From the human T2T-CHM13v2.0 reference genome, Homo sapiens: DNA of 64,000 nucleotides. The notes under the pieces were generated by a model. The model was not told the origin of the DNA. It saw only the letters and a program-made list of their open reading frames with translations, and did not search any database. Below, in pieces: positions 11,343-25,721 of this stretch; the stretch's first letter is position 1; each line of letters opens with the position of its first letter. The position numbers were made by a program, and so were the translations under genes. The stretch is from the NCBI RefSeq assembly GCF_009914755.1, contig NC_060927.1; one strand, given 5' to 3'.

Positions 11343-14239
11343 TGGCACTTTAATGCACATTGTCTATGATCTCTAATTCCAAAGCAGTGTTGTTACATTG
11401 AATATTTTAAAATATGTATAAGTAACATATATTTTTAATGTAATAGAAATTTATAAAATGTGAAACAAGGTAAATGCTATGAACAAAATATATATGTAAA
11501 TATGCCAATTTAAAATTTTGTTTAAGTGAATGTGATCACAAGGAGGCTCAGATAAGCTTTATTTAACAGAAGTATATCACTGTTCAATTTTAATTAAAAA
11601 AATCAACAAGCTCAGCTAATCTGTTTGCAGCATTTCACTCTAGCTCTGTATTCACAAGTTTATTTCATTTATCAACTTCCTTTTTGTAACAGCAAACATG
11701 CATTGATTTATCTCATATGCAGCAGTTTTCTATGAGAATCTCTTACAGGTGCCATAGGTAGGTATGGACTTCCTCGTTAGTAGAACCAAACAGAGCCACT
11801 ACTTTGCTATATGCTACAGATTAAGAATATGAAAAGAGGAAATAGAAACATCATGATATTTTTCACACATTATGTGAAATATTTAGAAAAAGCTATTAAA
11901 AATAGCTCTTTGCATATTTTAAGGAGAGTAGTAAGTGTGCATGTGTGTGAAAATGGATTAAACTGGCAGTTTGCTATTAGAAGTGACAGCTCAAATTCTT
12001 ACTTAGATAATAAATAAAAAAAGTTTCAGTTGCCTATCGATATACAATACTGACACAATAGAGCTCACCATTGTTTAATAGCAGAGGTATTCATATTTGT
12101 TTCATGTGAGTCTCTTGGGTTTCAGATGAAGTTACTAAAGCAGTTTCCAATAGTAAACTTGTTCACACATGATGTATTCTTTCTTCCATAGGTAAAAGGT
12201 TTAAATCAATATTTCCCCACTACCAATGAAAACAATTTTATGGACAATGGGTTACATCCCCATTATCTAAATTAGTAATAAAGCCCTTCTCTAAAACAGT
12301 AAGAACTCAAAAACTTTCATTTTTAAAATGCTATATATGCAAATATAATAATTGTACTTAAAAAGTTTTAATTATAAATACGAAGTCAAAATAATTGGTC
12401 TAGGAAGGAAATAAACTACGTGGTGAAGACTTGCTGTTAACAAGCAAAATAAAATAGATTTCTAATCTGACATTTGTTTTCCCTTGCATTGACATAAATA
12501 CAGGGAAATATTTATTTTGAATATACGAAGGAAAAAGCTTTTGTTTGTAATTAATAATTACAAAAATTATCTTAAATACAGTTGGAATGGTAAGGAAATA
12601 TAGCAACAAGGTTTTAACTTTAATTTATTCCTCTCATTTAAAAGTTCCCCTGAAGAATAGTTGTACTCATCATTGCTACTTTACTGTTTTAAAACTTAGC
12701 AAATTAGGGTCCTAACCTATTGCTAGCTTCTCTGCTTAACTCAGAGATTTAAAAATTCATATTTTTTTCTACTTTGATTTCTGTGACCGCTAGTTTTGAC
12801 ATTTTTCCTATACATTTCTCACTGCACGTTCACAATGGCAAATTTCTTGGAAGTATGAGAAATAAGTAAATGCCGTTAAAAGGATTACATTGGTTTAGAA
12901 CTTTACCTTTTGCAGCAATTTATTCCATCGTAATTTGTGCAAACCTGTGAAATAAGTAGTGACAGTGAGACTGAACTGTAGACAAACTTCTCAGTTTTCC
13001 TCACTGGAAATTATATTTTAAAAATTGAGTATTTTTAATCTGTTCATATAATTTGTTACTCCTCTGTAGTCATGAAAATCTCACAGGCAACATACATTTA
13101 ATCTGTCTTCCTTATATTAGTTTTTTTTTTTTTTAAGAAAAATTCTGTTGGGAAAGGAAATTGTGACTAGTTCTCTAGAGGCAAACCAAAGAGGCAAGAA
13201 ATAAGAAAATTGATAATTAAAGGAAAAAGTGAGATCAAATGCCTTCAGTTTCTTAATTGTAAAATTGAGCTCTGATGAAGCCAGCTGGTGACAAGTATCT
13301 TTTTGTTCACTGAGTACTTCATAGGAAGATGAATATTTTTATAAACCTAGAGGTTTTGTTGTTAAATATTGGCAAGGTTGAATTTTAGCTCACAAATTTT
13401 CATTTATGCCATCCTTTTGGTTTTGCTACTAGATCTTCTATAACATGTCCTTCTAACTCCTCATAAAAACCCATTTAGATTATAGTCATTAATGTGAGAA
13501 TCCTTAATTCATTCACCTAAATCTTAAAGAAACTTTAATCATTTCCTACTAGTTATTTTTAAGGCAACTAACAGTTTCCCATTTATGTTTCTCACAATAA
13601 GCTACAAAATAGATATTTATATGTATATGTATCCCAAAGAGTTTTGAGCTATAGAAAAATTAATATGTTATGTTACTGGAAATATATATCACATGTGTGT
13701 ATAATTTTGGAACTCAAAAGAGCATCCAATATGTTAGAGGAGTGTCTAATACAGCTGAGCGTGAAAATAGATGTAATATTTGTAGCTTTCTCAGTGCAGA
13801 GAGAAGGCAGAAGGAGAGAAGAAAGAAAAGGTGTTACCATTTTGAATTTTATGATTGAATTGAATTCAACAATTAAGTAAATTTGAAATAGTGCTTTTAT
13901 TTATGGTGGCTCCGTTCTAGGAGTAACCTGTTCTTCATAATTTAACCTAAATTGTATTTAATCCTCTGACATCCCTTCTACCTCTCCAAGACAAAAAACT
14001 AAACTGTCATTAATTAGTCATTGTTCATTAGTTAATTCAATAATACTTATATAAGTAAAACTATTAATGTTTGATAAATGTACAAAAGAGAGAAATAGAA
14101 CATTGAATGTATTTGGATTCTTATTTGATTCCAAGAGAAAAGAAGGGTAAGTTGATAAATAATTGTGATTCCTATAAGAAAATACCTAAAAGACTCCAGA
14201 CCCAAAACATAATAGAACATTAAATTGAAGCTATCAAAT

Positions 14240-15025
14240 TAATTAGTACAGCCATTATGAAAAATAGTATAGAGGTGTCTTAGAAAATTAAAAACTTAAC
14301 TATAAAAATTAAATCTATGGCCATATGATCCAGCAATTCCATTATTGGGTATATATCCAAAGGAAATGAAACCAGTATGTTGAAGAGATACTTACATATT
14401 TGTTTTAACACTATTCACAATATCCAAAATATGTGATCAACATAGTGTCCATCTACAGATGAATGACTAAAGAACAATGAAATACTGTTCAGCCATAAAA
14501 CAGAATGAAATCCTGTCATTTGTGGTAACATGGATGAATCTGGTGGGATATGATATCAAGTGAAATAAGCCACACATAGAAAGACAAACACTGCCTTATC
14601 TATCTCACTCATGTGGAATCTAAAAAAGTTGATTTCATATAATTAGAGAGTACAATAGCTGTTACTAGAGGCTGAGGAGGGCAAGAGAGGTGAAGGGGCA
14701 AGGAAATATTTGTCAACAGATACAAAGTTACAGTTAGACAGGAAGAATAAGTTCTAGCATTCTATTACACAGTAGGATGATTATAGCAAGTAATGTAGTG
14801 TGTATTTCATGATAACTAGAAAAGAAGATTTGGAATGTTATCACCACAAAGAAATGATGGTGGTTAAAGATGGTTATGGTAATTATCCTTATTTGATCAT
14901 TATGCAATATATGTATGCATTGAAACATCACATTGTACGTCAATTATATGTCAATTATAAATTTAAAAATTGTGTGTTTACTATTATTATGTGTCAAATA
15001 CAAATCTAAAAATTAATTAATAAAA
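14240..15025 (+). mobile_element. L1MA-type 3' end
   Basis: ccatatgatccagcaattccattattgggtatatatcc; gatacaaagttacagttagacaggaagaataagttc; L1MA-like 3'UTR. Confidence 0.85.
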
Positions 15026-15037
15026 ATGGAAACTATA

Positions 15038-15341
<304 letters not shown>

Positions 15342-18300
15342 CCCTGGAAACTATATATTATGATCACTGTAGATATAATACCTGTGCTGATTAATTTATG
15401 GCCATTTACTCTGATTTATAATACCTAATTAAATTAATGAGAAATTACCTACTCTCCTTTTATCCAACTCTTAACATTTTCTCAAAGATGACATTTGTTT
15501 CTGACTAATGTGCTGTATTAGCTCTTTATGATTTTCTAAGCCATTTAATTTTACTTTTATCTTTTGTAATATTGTTTTACTATATTTTTCTTTGGACCAA
15601 GTAACTGAAACAGATTGTTGTTGGTAATTTCACATATAGAAATTAAAGTCAAATTATATTGTATTGAGAATTTAAAATTCTTTTCACCCACTTTCTTTTT
15701 CCAGAATAAGATTTCTAGGTCAGCATTATGTTCTTGTGATTTTTATTCATACTAAATATACCTCTAATGAAATGTTTCAGATTGATAACTTTGCACAGCA
15801 AAATACCACTATATTCAAATAAACCATTATTCACTTGTAAAATGATTTTCATTGTATGTAGTTTGTGTAGGCCTCTGATTGTAATTTAAATGAATTGATG
15901 AAAGGGAATTGTTTAATGCTGTTGTAATAGAAATTGTATTACTGGATTGGTTTAAATTTAAATTTTTCATTTATTTTTAGGAATATTGGCTTTCTAATAA
16001 TGAGTCTCCCAACAAATACTTTAGTTAGTTATGCACTATTGTATTGGCAACCTAGTTTGAAAGAGAGGGAGGTATTCTGCAATTGGTTACTTCCTTAATA
16101 TGATAAAACAGTTTTACTTGGATAACCCTAAGAAAAAGGGATTCATTTAAGAAAGTTGTTTTCGATTACTCAGTATCATCTTTCATTTTCAGTTATAGTA
16201 TCTTCCCTAACCTCATTTCTACAGATTGTCTTATGGTTAATTTTCTTCATATAGCCAAATGTAAACCAAACAACCTTTTATTTTATTTCTCCTTCTTCTA
16301 AAATTAATTTAACTTTCTATTTTATGCAATTACATTTCTTATTAATGTGTCTTTAAAAATCCAGACACATATATATTGGCTAGAGTCATGGTTTCACCTT
16401 TTTAGAAGGTTTCAATAGCTATCTTTGATTATTTGAAATTACTAATAAATAGAATAGAAGAAAATAATAAAGTCCTACCCAGATAGCAACAAAAAAGTAA
16501 TCAAATTATTTTTCTAAACCATGAATATTAGACATTGATTATAAAACCCACAAACAATTTAAGAATGGAGCAATAAGATCACTTACATGTCAAGTTTAAT
16601 CGCTTCATAAGTTTCCATTTATAATCTGTGCATTTATATGGTGAAATTTCAATATTCACAAAAGATTGAATCCACATACTTCAAAATCTTTGATGAGAAC
16701 AGAATAAAATTGAAAACCTCTTATTGCTTTTTCCCACTCTGGGGGATAAAACTATTCCAACACTGAAAATTAAGGTTTTTATAACCTGTCATATCTTTTG
16801 CTTGATCAAAGAGCTATTATTTTATCATCTATTGTGAAACACTAATATTGTGAAAATATATTTCAAAGATATTCACTGTACTCATTTGGTCCTAAGTATC
16901 TTTTTTGGGCACATAGAGAAAAATGACTCTTCTCACTCACTTCTGGAGAAATCTCTATCTTGGTGAAAATATCAAATTAAGTGTTTCTGCTACTCTTTCA
17001 GCTAGCATAGGATTTCCATTACAATTTGTGAAATGATATTTTTTGCAAACATGTAAGAAATAATTAGTATTTAGGAAAATCTCCAATCTGAGCATTCATT
17101 GGCTGCTCTGAACCGCATTATACTTATTTATTTCCAAAAAATACTAGAATACTGCCCACAGTACAATTATGTGGTCCCAAAAATCTGACCCTAAAATATA
17201 TCTAATAAAAGTCTTCATCTCATAATGATGGTATGCACTGGGGATCTATGATTCCACTGATTTCCCACAATGCAAGCAAGCAATCTTTTTTTTTTTTTTA
17301 AAGGAATGTCCCCCAAAACATATTTTTGCAATATTGGAAGTAATCAAAGAAAAGAGCAGCAGTAGCTGTAAGCCAAAACAAGGAAACATTTCAGCAGATT
17401 GAACATTCAAATAAACATTTTCAGGTAGAAATTTCTGTATTGAAGAAGCAGCTCAGTGCTATCATTGAACTGGTTAGATATTTCATCAAATAAATCTAGG
17501 TTTAATTTGCAAAATCACCACCATCATCGTTGTGGACTAAATTGCCATTTTTCTTTTTTTTTGCCATTATGTCAACTTAAATATTAAACACATAATTTTT
17601 CTTGTATTATGGAGATCAGGTAAAATTATCTATACTAGGGAAACTTTTAGTTGCCTTTAGTCATTTTTCTAAAGAGGAAGAAACAAGATTTTCAAAGAAT
17701 TTTGAATATGTGACTCTCCCATTATGGGAAGGGAAAGTAAAGGGTCATATAAACATTTGTGATGACTTTCAGTAAGTCCTCTTATCTCCCAAAAAATGAC
17801 CCAAGATGAACTCATTGATATCTCAAGTTATAAATTAGATGCTTACTCTTTTGGTTTTGGCTCAGTGCTTTGACTTTCATTTTCATTAAAATGCAAATCC
17901 TAAGGATGAAGCTTACTATTTTATTCACTCATTTAAGCCTTCCTGTAAACAATGGATATACAATCAATATTTGTTAATTCACACTGTCAGGTGATTTATT
18001 AAGAGAGAACATGATTGATTTTTAGAGGAAAAGAGAGAAATAATCAATTTATAGTAAGGCAAATCGTGCAGAAGGAGAAAATAAGTAAAATTGGAAAGGA
18101 CACTCATAAAGACAAGTTAACTTATTTCACAACTTTGATCTTGATTCCAGAGAAAACAGAAGGACAACGTAAACTAAGTTCTGTATTATAGTACACTTTG
18201 TGATAAAAATGAGTATCAGAGATGGTTAACACTAGAATATATTTTTTATATATTGGTTACTAAATATTTCGAATGAAATATAAGAAGACACTTTTTTGTT

Positions 18301-18399
18301 GGACAGTTATATGAATTTATATGCATACATAGACTCTTATAACCTCTATCACTCAAAGGAGCTGAACAATTCCAACACATAAAGAATGCTTTGCATTCA

Positions 18400-19265
18400 G
18401 ACTCTTTTCCTCCCCCATCCAGTGCAACCATTTATCTGCTCTATGACACTATGTTTTTACCTTTTTCCACTTAGTTATAAGTGGAATCATACTTATAATT
18501 GGCCTTTTTCATTTTAGCACAACACAGTTGAGATTTATCCGTGTTGTTGCCTGTGTACATAATTTTTTCCTTTTTGTTGTTGAATAGTATTTCACTGTGC
18601 AATGTTAAAGAACATAGTACACATGACATGTGTTAAAAACAGTAGGAAAGACTTTATTCCAGGGGAGCCCATTATGATATATATAGGAGAAACTGTAATG
18701 AGGTATTGTAGTAGGGAAGAAAGATAGGGTTTGCCTCTGAATATAGCAAAGACAAGTAGAGATGTATAGTCAAGGAGCCGGGATGGAGTCAGTGGATGGA
18801 AAATTACTAAGAGCAAACATTAGGGGTAAGGAGAATTTTAGCTAAACCAACTTGACAAGATTCTTGCTGAAGGTAGATGAGAGTGATTAGATATCAAGGA
18901 TGAGGGATTGGGAATTTGAGCAGACATCAAGGATGGTCAGTTACCAACAGTGGGGCATTTTTGCTAAACTGACCAAGCAAGATTCTTGCTGAAACTGGAT
19001 TAAAGAAATAGAGCCACCGGAAGCAGGATTGGAGCCTTGCCAGAAAGAGGATTCTGAGGAGCCTGACAAATGTTCTCGTCAATGGAAAGGGTCTTTGTCA
19101 GTAGATGTACCAAAGTCTATCCATTCACCCACTGAAGGACATCTAGACCTACAATTTTTAGCAATGATGGATAATACTACTAAGAACACTTATTTAAAGG
19201 ATTTTGTGTGCATGTAATTTTCATTTGTCTAGGATAAATAACTAGAAGTAGGATTGCTAGGTCAA
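18400..19265 (-). mobile_element. L1ME/L1MC 3' fragment split by a MER31 LTR
   Basis: tgaatagtatttcactgtg before 18603 continues as gatgtaccaaagtctatccattcaccc after 19100. Confidence 0.65.
18603..19100 (-). mobile_element. MER31-like ERV1 solo LTR
   Basis: Minus strand starts TGACAAAGAC and ends TTTAACA; the characteristic aagattcttgctgaa/gctaaac block is present twice. Confidence 0.8.
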
Positions 19266-20414
19266 TTAATTTGTAAGTCAATCAATGTTATCAATTGATT
19301 ATCAGTGTCTATATGAATAACCAAAAGATGAATAAAACATTGTAATATTAATTCATGTATAGAAAGCACTTGACAAAATTTATTATTTATTTATTACACA
19401 CAATCCCAGTGAATTAGAAGTCTCTCATTACATCAGAATCTACTAAGTGTAGCCTTTCTTTTATAAGAAGACATGGGTAGCTCTCTGGAGATGATGTATT
19501 TCCACTCATATTTTTATTTTTGTCCCATGTATCCTGATGTGCATCCAGTAGTTCAGATTCAAATTTGTTGTAATACAGGTTATAATACAAGTTAAATAAA
19601 TAAAGGAGTAATAACAGAATATTAGCTCTTGTTCAGTTATTCCCAGGCTTTGCTGGCTTGGGATATATCTTTAAAAAAAGGCAAAACAGGAAGAAATTGA
19701 ATTTGATGTTTTGAGCTATATAATGAAATAGACTTTTGATCTATCTCTTTTCAAAAGAATATATATTTTGCTTGTTTAGAAAGTCAGAGCTAAGACGATG
19801 CTCTATTTACTTAGCTGTATGACTCCAGGCTCTTACTCCATGAAACCCTAAAATTCAGCACCCAGCCACATAGTACTGAAAATGTAAAATTCTATTTTTG
19901 GTAGTTTAAACAGAAAAAAAAATCACAATAGCATGCTATTTAGAATTAGGGTATTCATTTCAACCATTCACTTAACAAATATTATTGATCATCTCATATG
20001 TGGCAAGAATATCATAAAGACTAGCATATTGTTTTTTGAATGTAAGCCATTTGATATTACTTTCCCCAATTAGTTGTTTAGAGCCTTCAACACCATTGTT
20101 ATGCTGGTTATTACAGGATAAGCCAATTAAATATGTGTTAGTTCTGTAAATATTTTTAAAAATACAGTTGAATTTGCTAACCAATGGGTATATATTAGAG
20201 ATACTTGGTACTATGCCGTTTTTCTTCTTCATTAATATGCACTCAATTTCACTCCTATCATCCATTGTTCTGCTCTATATTAAAGGAATCTGGAATCCTG
20301 AACACTTAAAAATTGAATTTTCTAGACCCTCCTGCCAAATGACTTTCCTGTCAACTGAATTTTAGTTAGTGTTAGCAGTGGGAGAATTTATTCACTTATG
20401 TATTTATATGTTTA

Positions 20415-20850
20415 TTACTTTTATTTTAAAATAATTATATTTCACAGTAATTTGCAAAAAATAGCACAGAGAAGCCCAGTGTAGTCTTTACTCATTTTTT
20501 TCCAATTATCTCACTTTACATAATTCTGGTACAATATCAAAACCAGAGATTTGACGTTTATAAAATGTGTATATAGCTCCATTTCATGTTATCACATATG
20601 TAGATTTATGCAACAATCACAGGATGAAAATAAAATACAATTTCATCACCACCAAGATCACCCTCATTTTATCTGTGTATAGTCACTCCTCATTCACTCC
20701 TTCCTCCACCGTCCCCAACTCCCTCAACAATGAATATATTTGTCATATCTATCATTTTGTCATTTCAAGAATGGTATCTTAATGGAATTGTACATAATGT
20801 GACTTTTTAGAATTTGTTTACTTCACTCAGAATGAAGCCTTTAAAATCAC
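20415..20850 (-). mobile_element. L1MC/L1MB-type 3' end
   Basis: ttgcaaaaaatagcacagag; gtacaatatcaaaaccagagatttgac; ttttgtcatttcaagaatg. Confidence 0.7.
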
Positions 20851-21250
20851 TGATAGGATTTTGAGAGGAGAGAATGACTTCAGTGCCTTTGGTGTTCCAG
20901 AAGCACTCTCAAGGGGTGATTGCCAGAAGCTGCTGGCTACAGTGGCTTTCAGTAGCTCTGAAGGCTGGAAAAGAGAGCAGTTGCAGGCCTCAGAAGCCTT
21001 TGGAGGTTCTGATGCTGGCAGTTTCCAGCAGGGTCAGTGTCACATGTACCTTGAATTCTGGAAACACCGTCTTCCTTCCTCTGTTTTTTCTAGCCATCTT
21101 GGATGGGATAAACATCTTGAAATTATATCTTAGTTGAATATCTCCCTTTTTCTCCTTCTACTTTTCTAATACCTTTGTAACAAGCATTTAATATTTTTTG
21201 TATTAATTTCTTAGCATGACTTATCTTTCCCTGGGGGCCCTGATAGTGCA
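20851..21250 (+). mobile_element. Possible old ERVL-type LTR fragment
   Basis: GC-richer island with an LTR16/33-like 3' portion; weak resemblance only. Confidence 0.3.
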
Positions 21251-22544
21251 TCATCAAACAGTACTGATGTTAAGGAGCTAACCATATACAGTACTGTAAA
21301 AGCATACTGATGGCAGCCATAGTGTTGCTAATATTAATAAAATAGTTGTCTTTATTGGGAATATATTTTATGCTAGGCATTTTGTATAATAGCTACCTTT
21401 CATATAGCTTACACACATAAGAGGCAATAAAAAAGTGAAGAAGAGCAATGTTATGCCAGCTTTGAACATAGCCTTTGGTAACTGTAGAAAAGCATTTTCC
21501 ATGTGAATTTGATGAATAAAAAATTAAAGTCAATGCTGTAAGTCAAGTCTTTTGAAGCTAATCTGTCTCACATGACAACTCACTTAGAAGTCCAATGGCC
21601 ATCCAACTGTCAATATGGTTAAGTTTTTGATGTTTAGTGATGGAAGCAAAACATGCTGCCAATCAAATGGCCTGGTGCTATAGTGCTCACATTGTAAAAT
21701 GCTGCCTTGTCAGGAATTTCAGATGCCAAGTCCAATTCAATATTCTTTAACTTGTGAAAAATACTTTTGGCACTATACTTTATGTGCGCTGAAAAGTCAT
21801 TCTCAATATGAATAGTTTGGTGTTGCCATTTGAGGGCTTGTGCAGCTGGCAACATTTGTTTCCTACACAGCTTAGAATGACAATGATGCCAGTGGCCTAG
21901 TTTAATAATGGATTACCTTCTTGAAAGAAACTTTATGTTTCGCTTTGAATTGCTACATTTTTTACAAAGCCTTCTCTAAAAGAAAGAAAATTGCATAAGA
22001 AGTCCCCTGATTTAATAAAAAACAAAGTTTTATTCCTCTGGAAAAAAAATTGTGTATTTCTGAATAACCTTTAGTTACCTAAATCTTATTAATCTGTTAC
22101 TGTGATTATTACTTACTAATTTCTTCATGAATTTTAAGTGATAACTCTAGCCTAGACCTTTCTAACAGTAATTGTACTTCATAATAATTGTATCATATAT
22201 TTTATATTTATATTTTACATCATTTTTGTTTTTGACATTGGTTAAGTAATGTTGAATATGTATATTTTATATTCTAACCATGTGTATAAATTTCTTAAAG
22301 ACAAATATTATAAATATATTGGTACTTGCATATACAAACTCTTGCACTAATAAAATCTTACACTAACTTGTATCTTTCTGTGTTTAAATATTCAAAATTA
22401 GAAATTTAATAATGAATTGAGAAAGCATTCCTGCTTGGACTAGAGAATTATGCATCATCAAAATATTCAAGCTCCTTTGATCGTGGATTCCATCTGGTTT
22501 AGGTGTTCTCTTTAGCTAGTTTCATCACTAGCTAAACTGGATGA

Positions 22545-22953
22545 TATTTATTCAACAAACACTGAGTCTGTACTAATCCCCAGGAGGAAACAAAGCACTC
22601 AAAGTGACAAAGAAGGTCCCTACCCTCATAAAACTTTGATTCAAAAGATTATATATATATGAAAATATTAAATGAACAGATAATTGTTGTCTTATTTTAA
22701 ATCTTAAAAATATATTTACCTTTATATATTTTATATAAAAAATAAAATTTATCATGAAAATGTCAAAGTCACAGAAGTATAATGATTTGAGGAAGAGTGA
22801 TTTTAAATCAGTTAATAAGTATATCCTCTTTAGAAGACATAATATTTAAGCTGAGAACTGAATTAATTTTTAAATAACCAGCACATTACCAGCACAAAGT
22901 CCTGGAGGAAGGAATATGCTTGAATGACTTGGAAAAGGCAAGTGGGCATTGTT

Positions 22954-22989
<36 letters not shown>

Positions 22990-23240
22990 TGTTTTGTTTT
23001 TGAGTTAGAGTTAGTAGTTTGGATTTTATACCAAGAGCAATATGAATAATTTTTTTTTGGTTTTGTATAAGGAAGTCATCTTTTCTTATTTAAATTTATA
23101 ATAAAGGATCTGTGTGGTGTTGTGAAAAAAGAATTGGAAGTGGCAAAATAAAGATTTCTTTAGTCCTGTAAAGAAGTAATGGTCGTTTAGAATGGTACCA
23201 ATGAATATAAAGGAAACAGGCTCCTAAAAATATTTGCTGA
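22545..23240 (-). mobile_element. L2 remnants
   Basis: atttattcaacaaacactgag...gtccctaccctcat is a typical antisense L2 3' end; also tttggattttatacc. Confidence 0.55.
22959..22988. repeat. (GT)15 microsatellite
   Basis: Direct reading. Confidence 0.95.
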
Positions 23241-23745
23241 TGATAAGAGATAGAAAGGCGGGGGTGTTAATAAATACTTTAGGCAAACCTAATGGGAAAG
23301 CTCCTTAACAACGTTCAGAAAATTTCCATTTATGTCAAGCTTTACTAATTATAACTCAAATCTTGCTTAATGAAATCATCTCAACATTTACATGAAACAG
23401 TTATTCTCACCCTACTCTGTAGATGAATTCACTGAACTTCAAGAATATTAAGCCAATGTCTAAAGATCACAGAAATTTCTTTAAGGCAGAGTTTGTAATA
23501 TAAGATAAAGTTTTAAAACCTGTGTTGACCATGTGGTAGACATACTACCAAACACAATTTGGATCAAGTGTTTTGGCAACTGGAGATTACCGAGATGGAA
23601 GATATTTTTAACATTTAAGTTGCTTCTAACTATGTGTAACTAAAATAAAATATTTTTGCTTTATGATACCAAGTAGCAAATTCCCATTTAAAAAAAAAAC
23701 TTTCATAAAATCATTTTATATGTTTTTTTTTTATGTAGAAGCTTT

Positions 23746-24055
23746 AATTTTATTTATTTATTTATTTTTTGAGACGGAGTCTCGCTCTGTTGCCCAGGCT
23801 GGAGTGCAGTGGCCTGATCTCGGCTCACTGCAAGCTCCGCCTCCTGGGTTCATGCCATTTTCCTGCCTCAGCCTCCTGAGAAGCTGGGACTACAGGCGCC
23901 CGCCACCACGCCCAGCTGATTTTGTTTTTGTATTTTTAGTAGAGACGGGGTTTCACCTTGTTAGCCAGGATGGTCTTGATCTCCTGACCTCCTGATCTGC
24001 CCACCTCGCTCTCCCAAAGTGCTGGGATTACAGGCGTGAGTCACCGCGCCCGGCC
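23746..24055 (-). mobile_element. AluY
   Basis: gcaagctccgcctcc, gttcatgccatt and gttagccaggatggtc diagnostics; many CpGs retained; (TTTA)n tail. Confidence 0.95.
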
Positions 24056-24209
24056 TAAATTTTTTTAAATGACCAGAAAAACTCATTCTTCATCACCACA
24101 TAATTTAATGCTATGAAAATTTGAGGTTTAACAAAATGTTCAGCAAGGGATTAATTAGCAAGTTAACCTTGGATAGTATTGATAATATTATTATATATGT
24201 TAGTTATTA

Positions 24210-24390
24210 ATTATCAAGTACTTATTAAGCACTAGTTACTTTCCACAGTTCTTGCATTTAATTTTTAAAATTATACTATGAGATAGAAAATATATTGATT
24301 TTCTAATGAGGATATTAAGGCAAAAGCTCAAGAAACTTGGTTAAGATCACAAAGTTATACTTTGATTAACAGAGATGTGATTCCCAACTA
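24210..24390 (+). mobile_element. MIR remnant
   Basis: ctatgagatag...ttttctaatgaggatattaaggc...aacttggttaagatcacaaag resembles the MIR core; strand assignment uncertain. Confidence 0.45.
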
Positions 24391-25224
24391 TATTTACTTC
24401 TTATTCATCATAAATACATTTTAAGCACAAACTAATATTTCAGCATTAATCTATATCCCATGGAAAGAGTTATAGTGGTTAGATTCATATTTGCTTTGAG
24501 TTGTTGAAAAATACATTTTTCTTATATATGCTTAATTCATTTTATTCATGCAAATATACTCACACCCTATTTAATAATACTTGTGGTATCATGTCTAATA
24601 GTGCCTCTTTTTTGTGGAATATAGAAAACCTAAAACTTTTTAGATGTATAGTCATAAAACAACAAAACTTAGTATCCAGAGCTATAAATGTTGAATTACT
24701 CATAGAAACTATATTTTGAAAAATGCACAAATTCTAAGTGTACAACCCAACAAATTTTTCCCAAGTTAATACACTCCTGTGACTGCCACCCAAGTCAAAA
24801 AATGAAATACTGCTATCAAACTGGAAGCCTCTGCCTCTCTGCCTCCCTTTCAACATCTGCATCTTCACTTAAAAATTTTATGGTTAGTTTTGCTTATTCT
24901 GGGTCTCTACATAAATATAACCATTTAGCATTCACTATTTTGTTATGGCTTATTTCACCCAACATTATGTTTGTGAGACCATTCAAGTAGTGCATATTCG
25001 TTTAGTTCATTCTCATATACAGTTTTTTAAATACGTGGCAATTCAAGCTCATATTCTACTTTAATTAACCATTTAGGTTGTGTCCAATTTGGGCCTGCTA
25101 CAGATAATTTTCTATATGGCAACCCAACTGACAAAACAACATTTATAAAATAGTTTATTCTCTACTGCTCTGCTGCATCATCTTTGCATGAATGAAATGT
25201 TCACGTGAGGCATTTCAGGCTCAC

Positions 25225-25284
25225 CATTCCATCTGATGGTTCTATTTTTTTTTTCATTCCATCTGATGGTTCTATTATTTTTTT
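25225..25284. repeat. 30-bp tandem duplication
   Basis: cattccatctgatggttctatt(t/a)ttttttt occurs twice. Confidence 0.9.
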
Positions 25285-25673
25285 AACCTTGTATGAATAC
25301 TACACTGTCATAATAACTTTTCTTTTATATTAAGTGTTGATATTCAGTAGAATAACTTTATACCTTTTTTCCCTTTCCTTTCAAAGATATACTATTCTTG
25401 GCCTTTGGGTTTCTAATAATTTAGATGTTTGCCAATTTTAATAAAAGTTATGCACACATTTGCTCGGGTGTTCCTTGATTCTATAGACCAATATTAAAGA
25501 ACTGTTATCTCTCCAATGCTAAGTCTTTCAATCTATAGATGTGGCATATTTCCCTATGGGTTTAATTCTTTAAAATAAATGTCCTCAATATTTTATATTT
25601 TCAGAAGTCTTTCACATCTTATCCTTATTTATATATTTCTAGGCATTTGATCTTTTAATGCTGCTCCAAATGG

Positions 25674-25674
<1 letters not shown>

Positions 25675-25713
<39 letters not shown>

Positions 25714-25721
25714 ATGTGTGT
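25675..25721. repeat. (TG)15 microsatellite with an imperfect tail
   Basis: Direct reading. Confidence 0.95.

Noticed and set aside
22511-22536. 10-bp stem hairpin tttagctagt-ttcatc-actagctaaa
   Set aside because: Short enough to arise by chance in 64 kb of AT-rich DNA.
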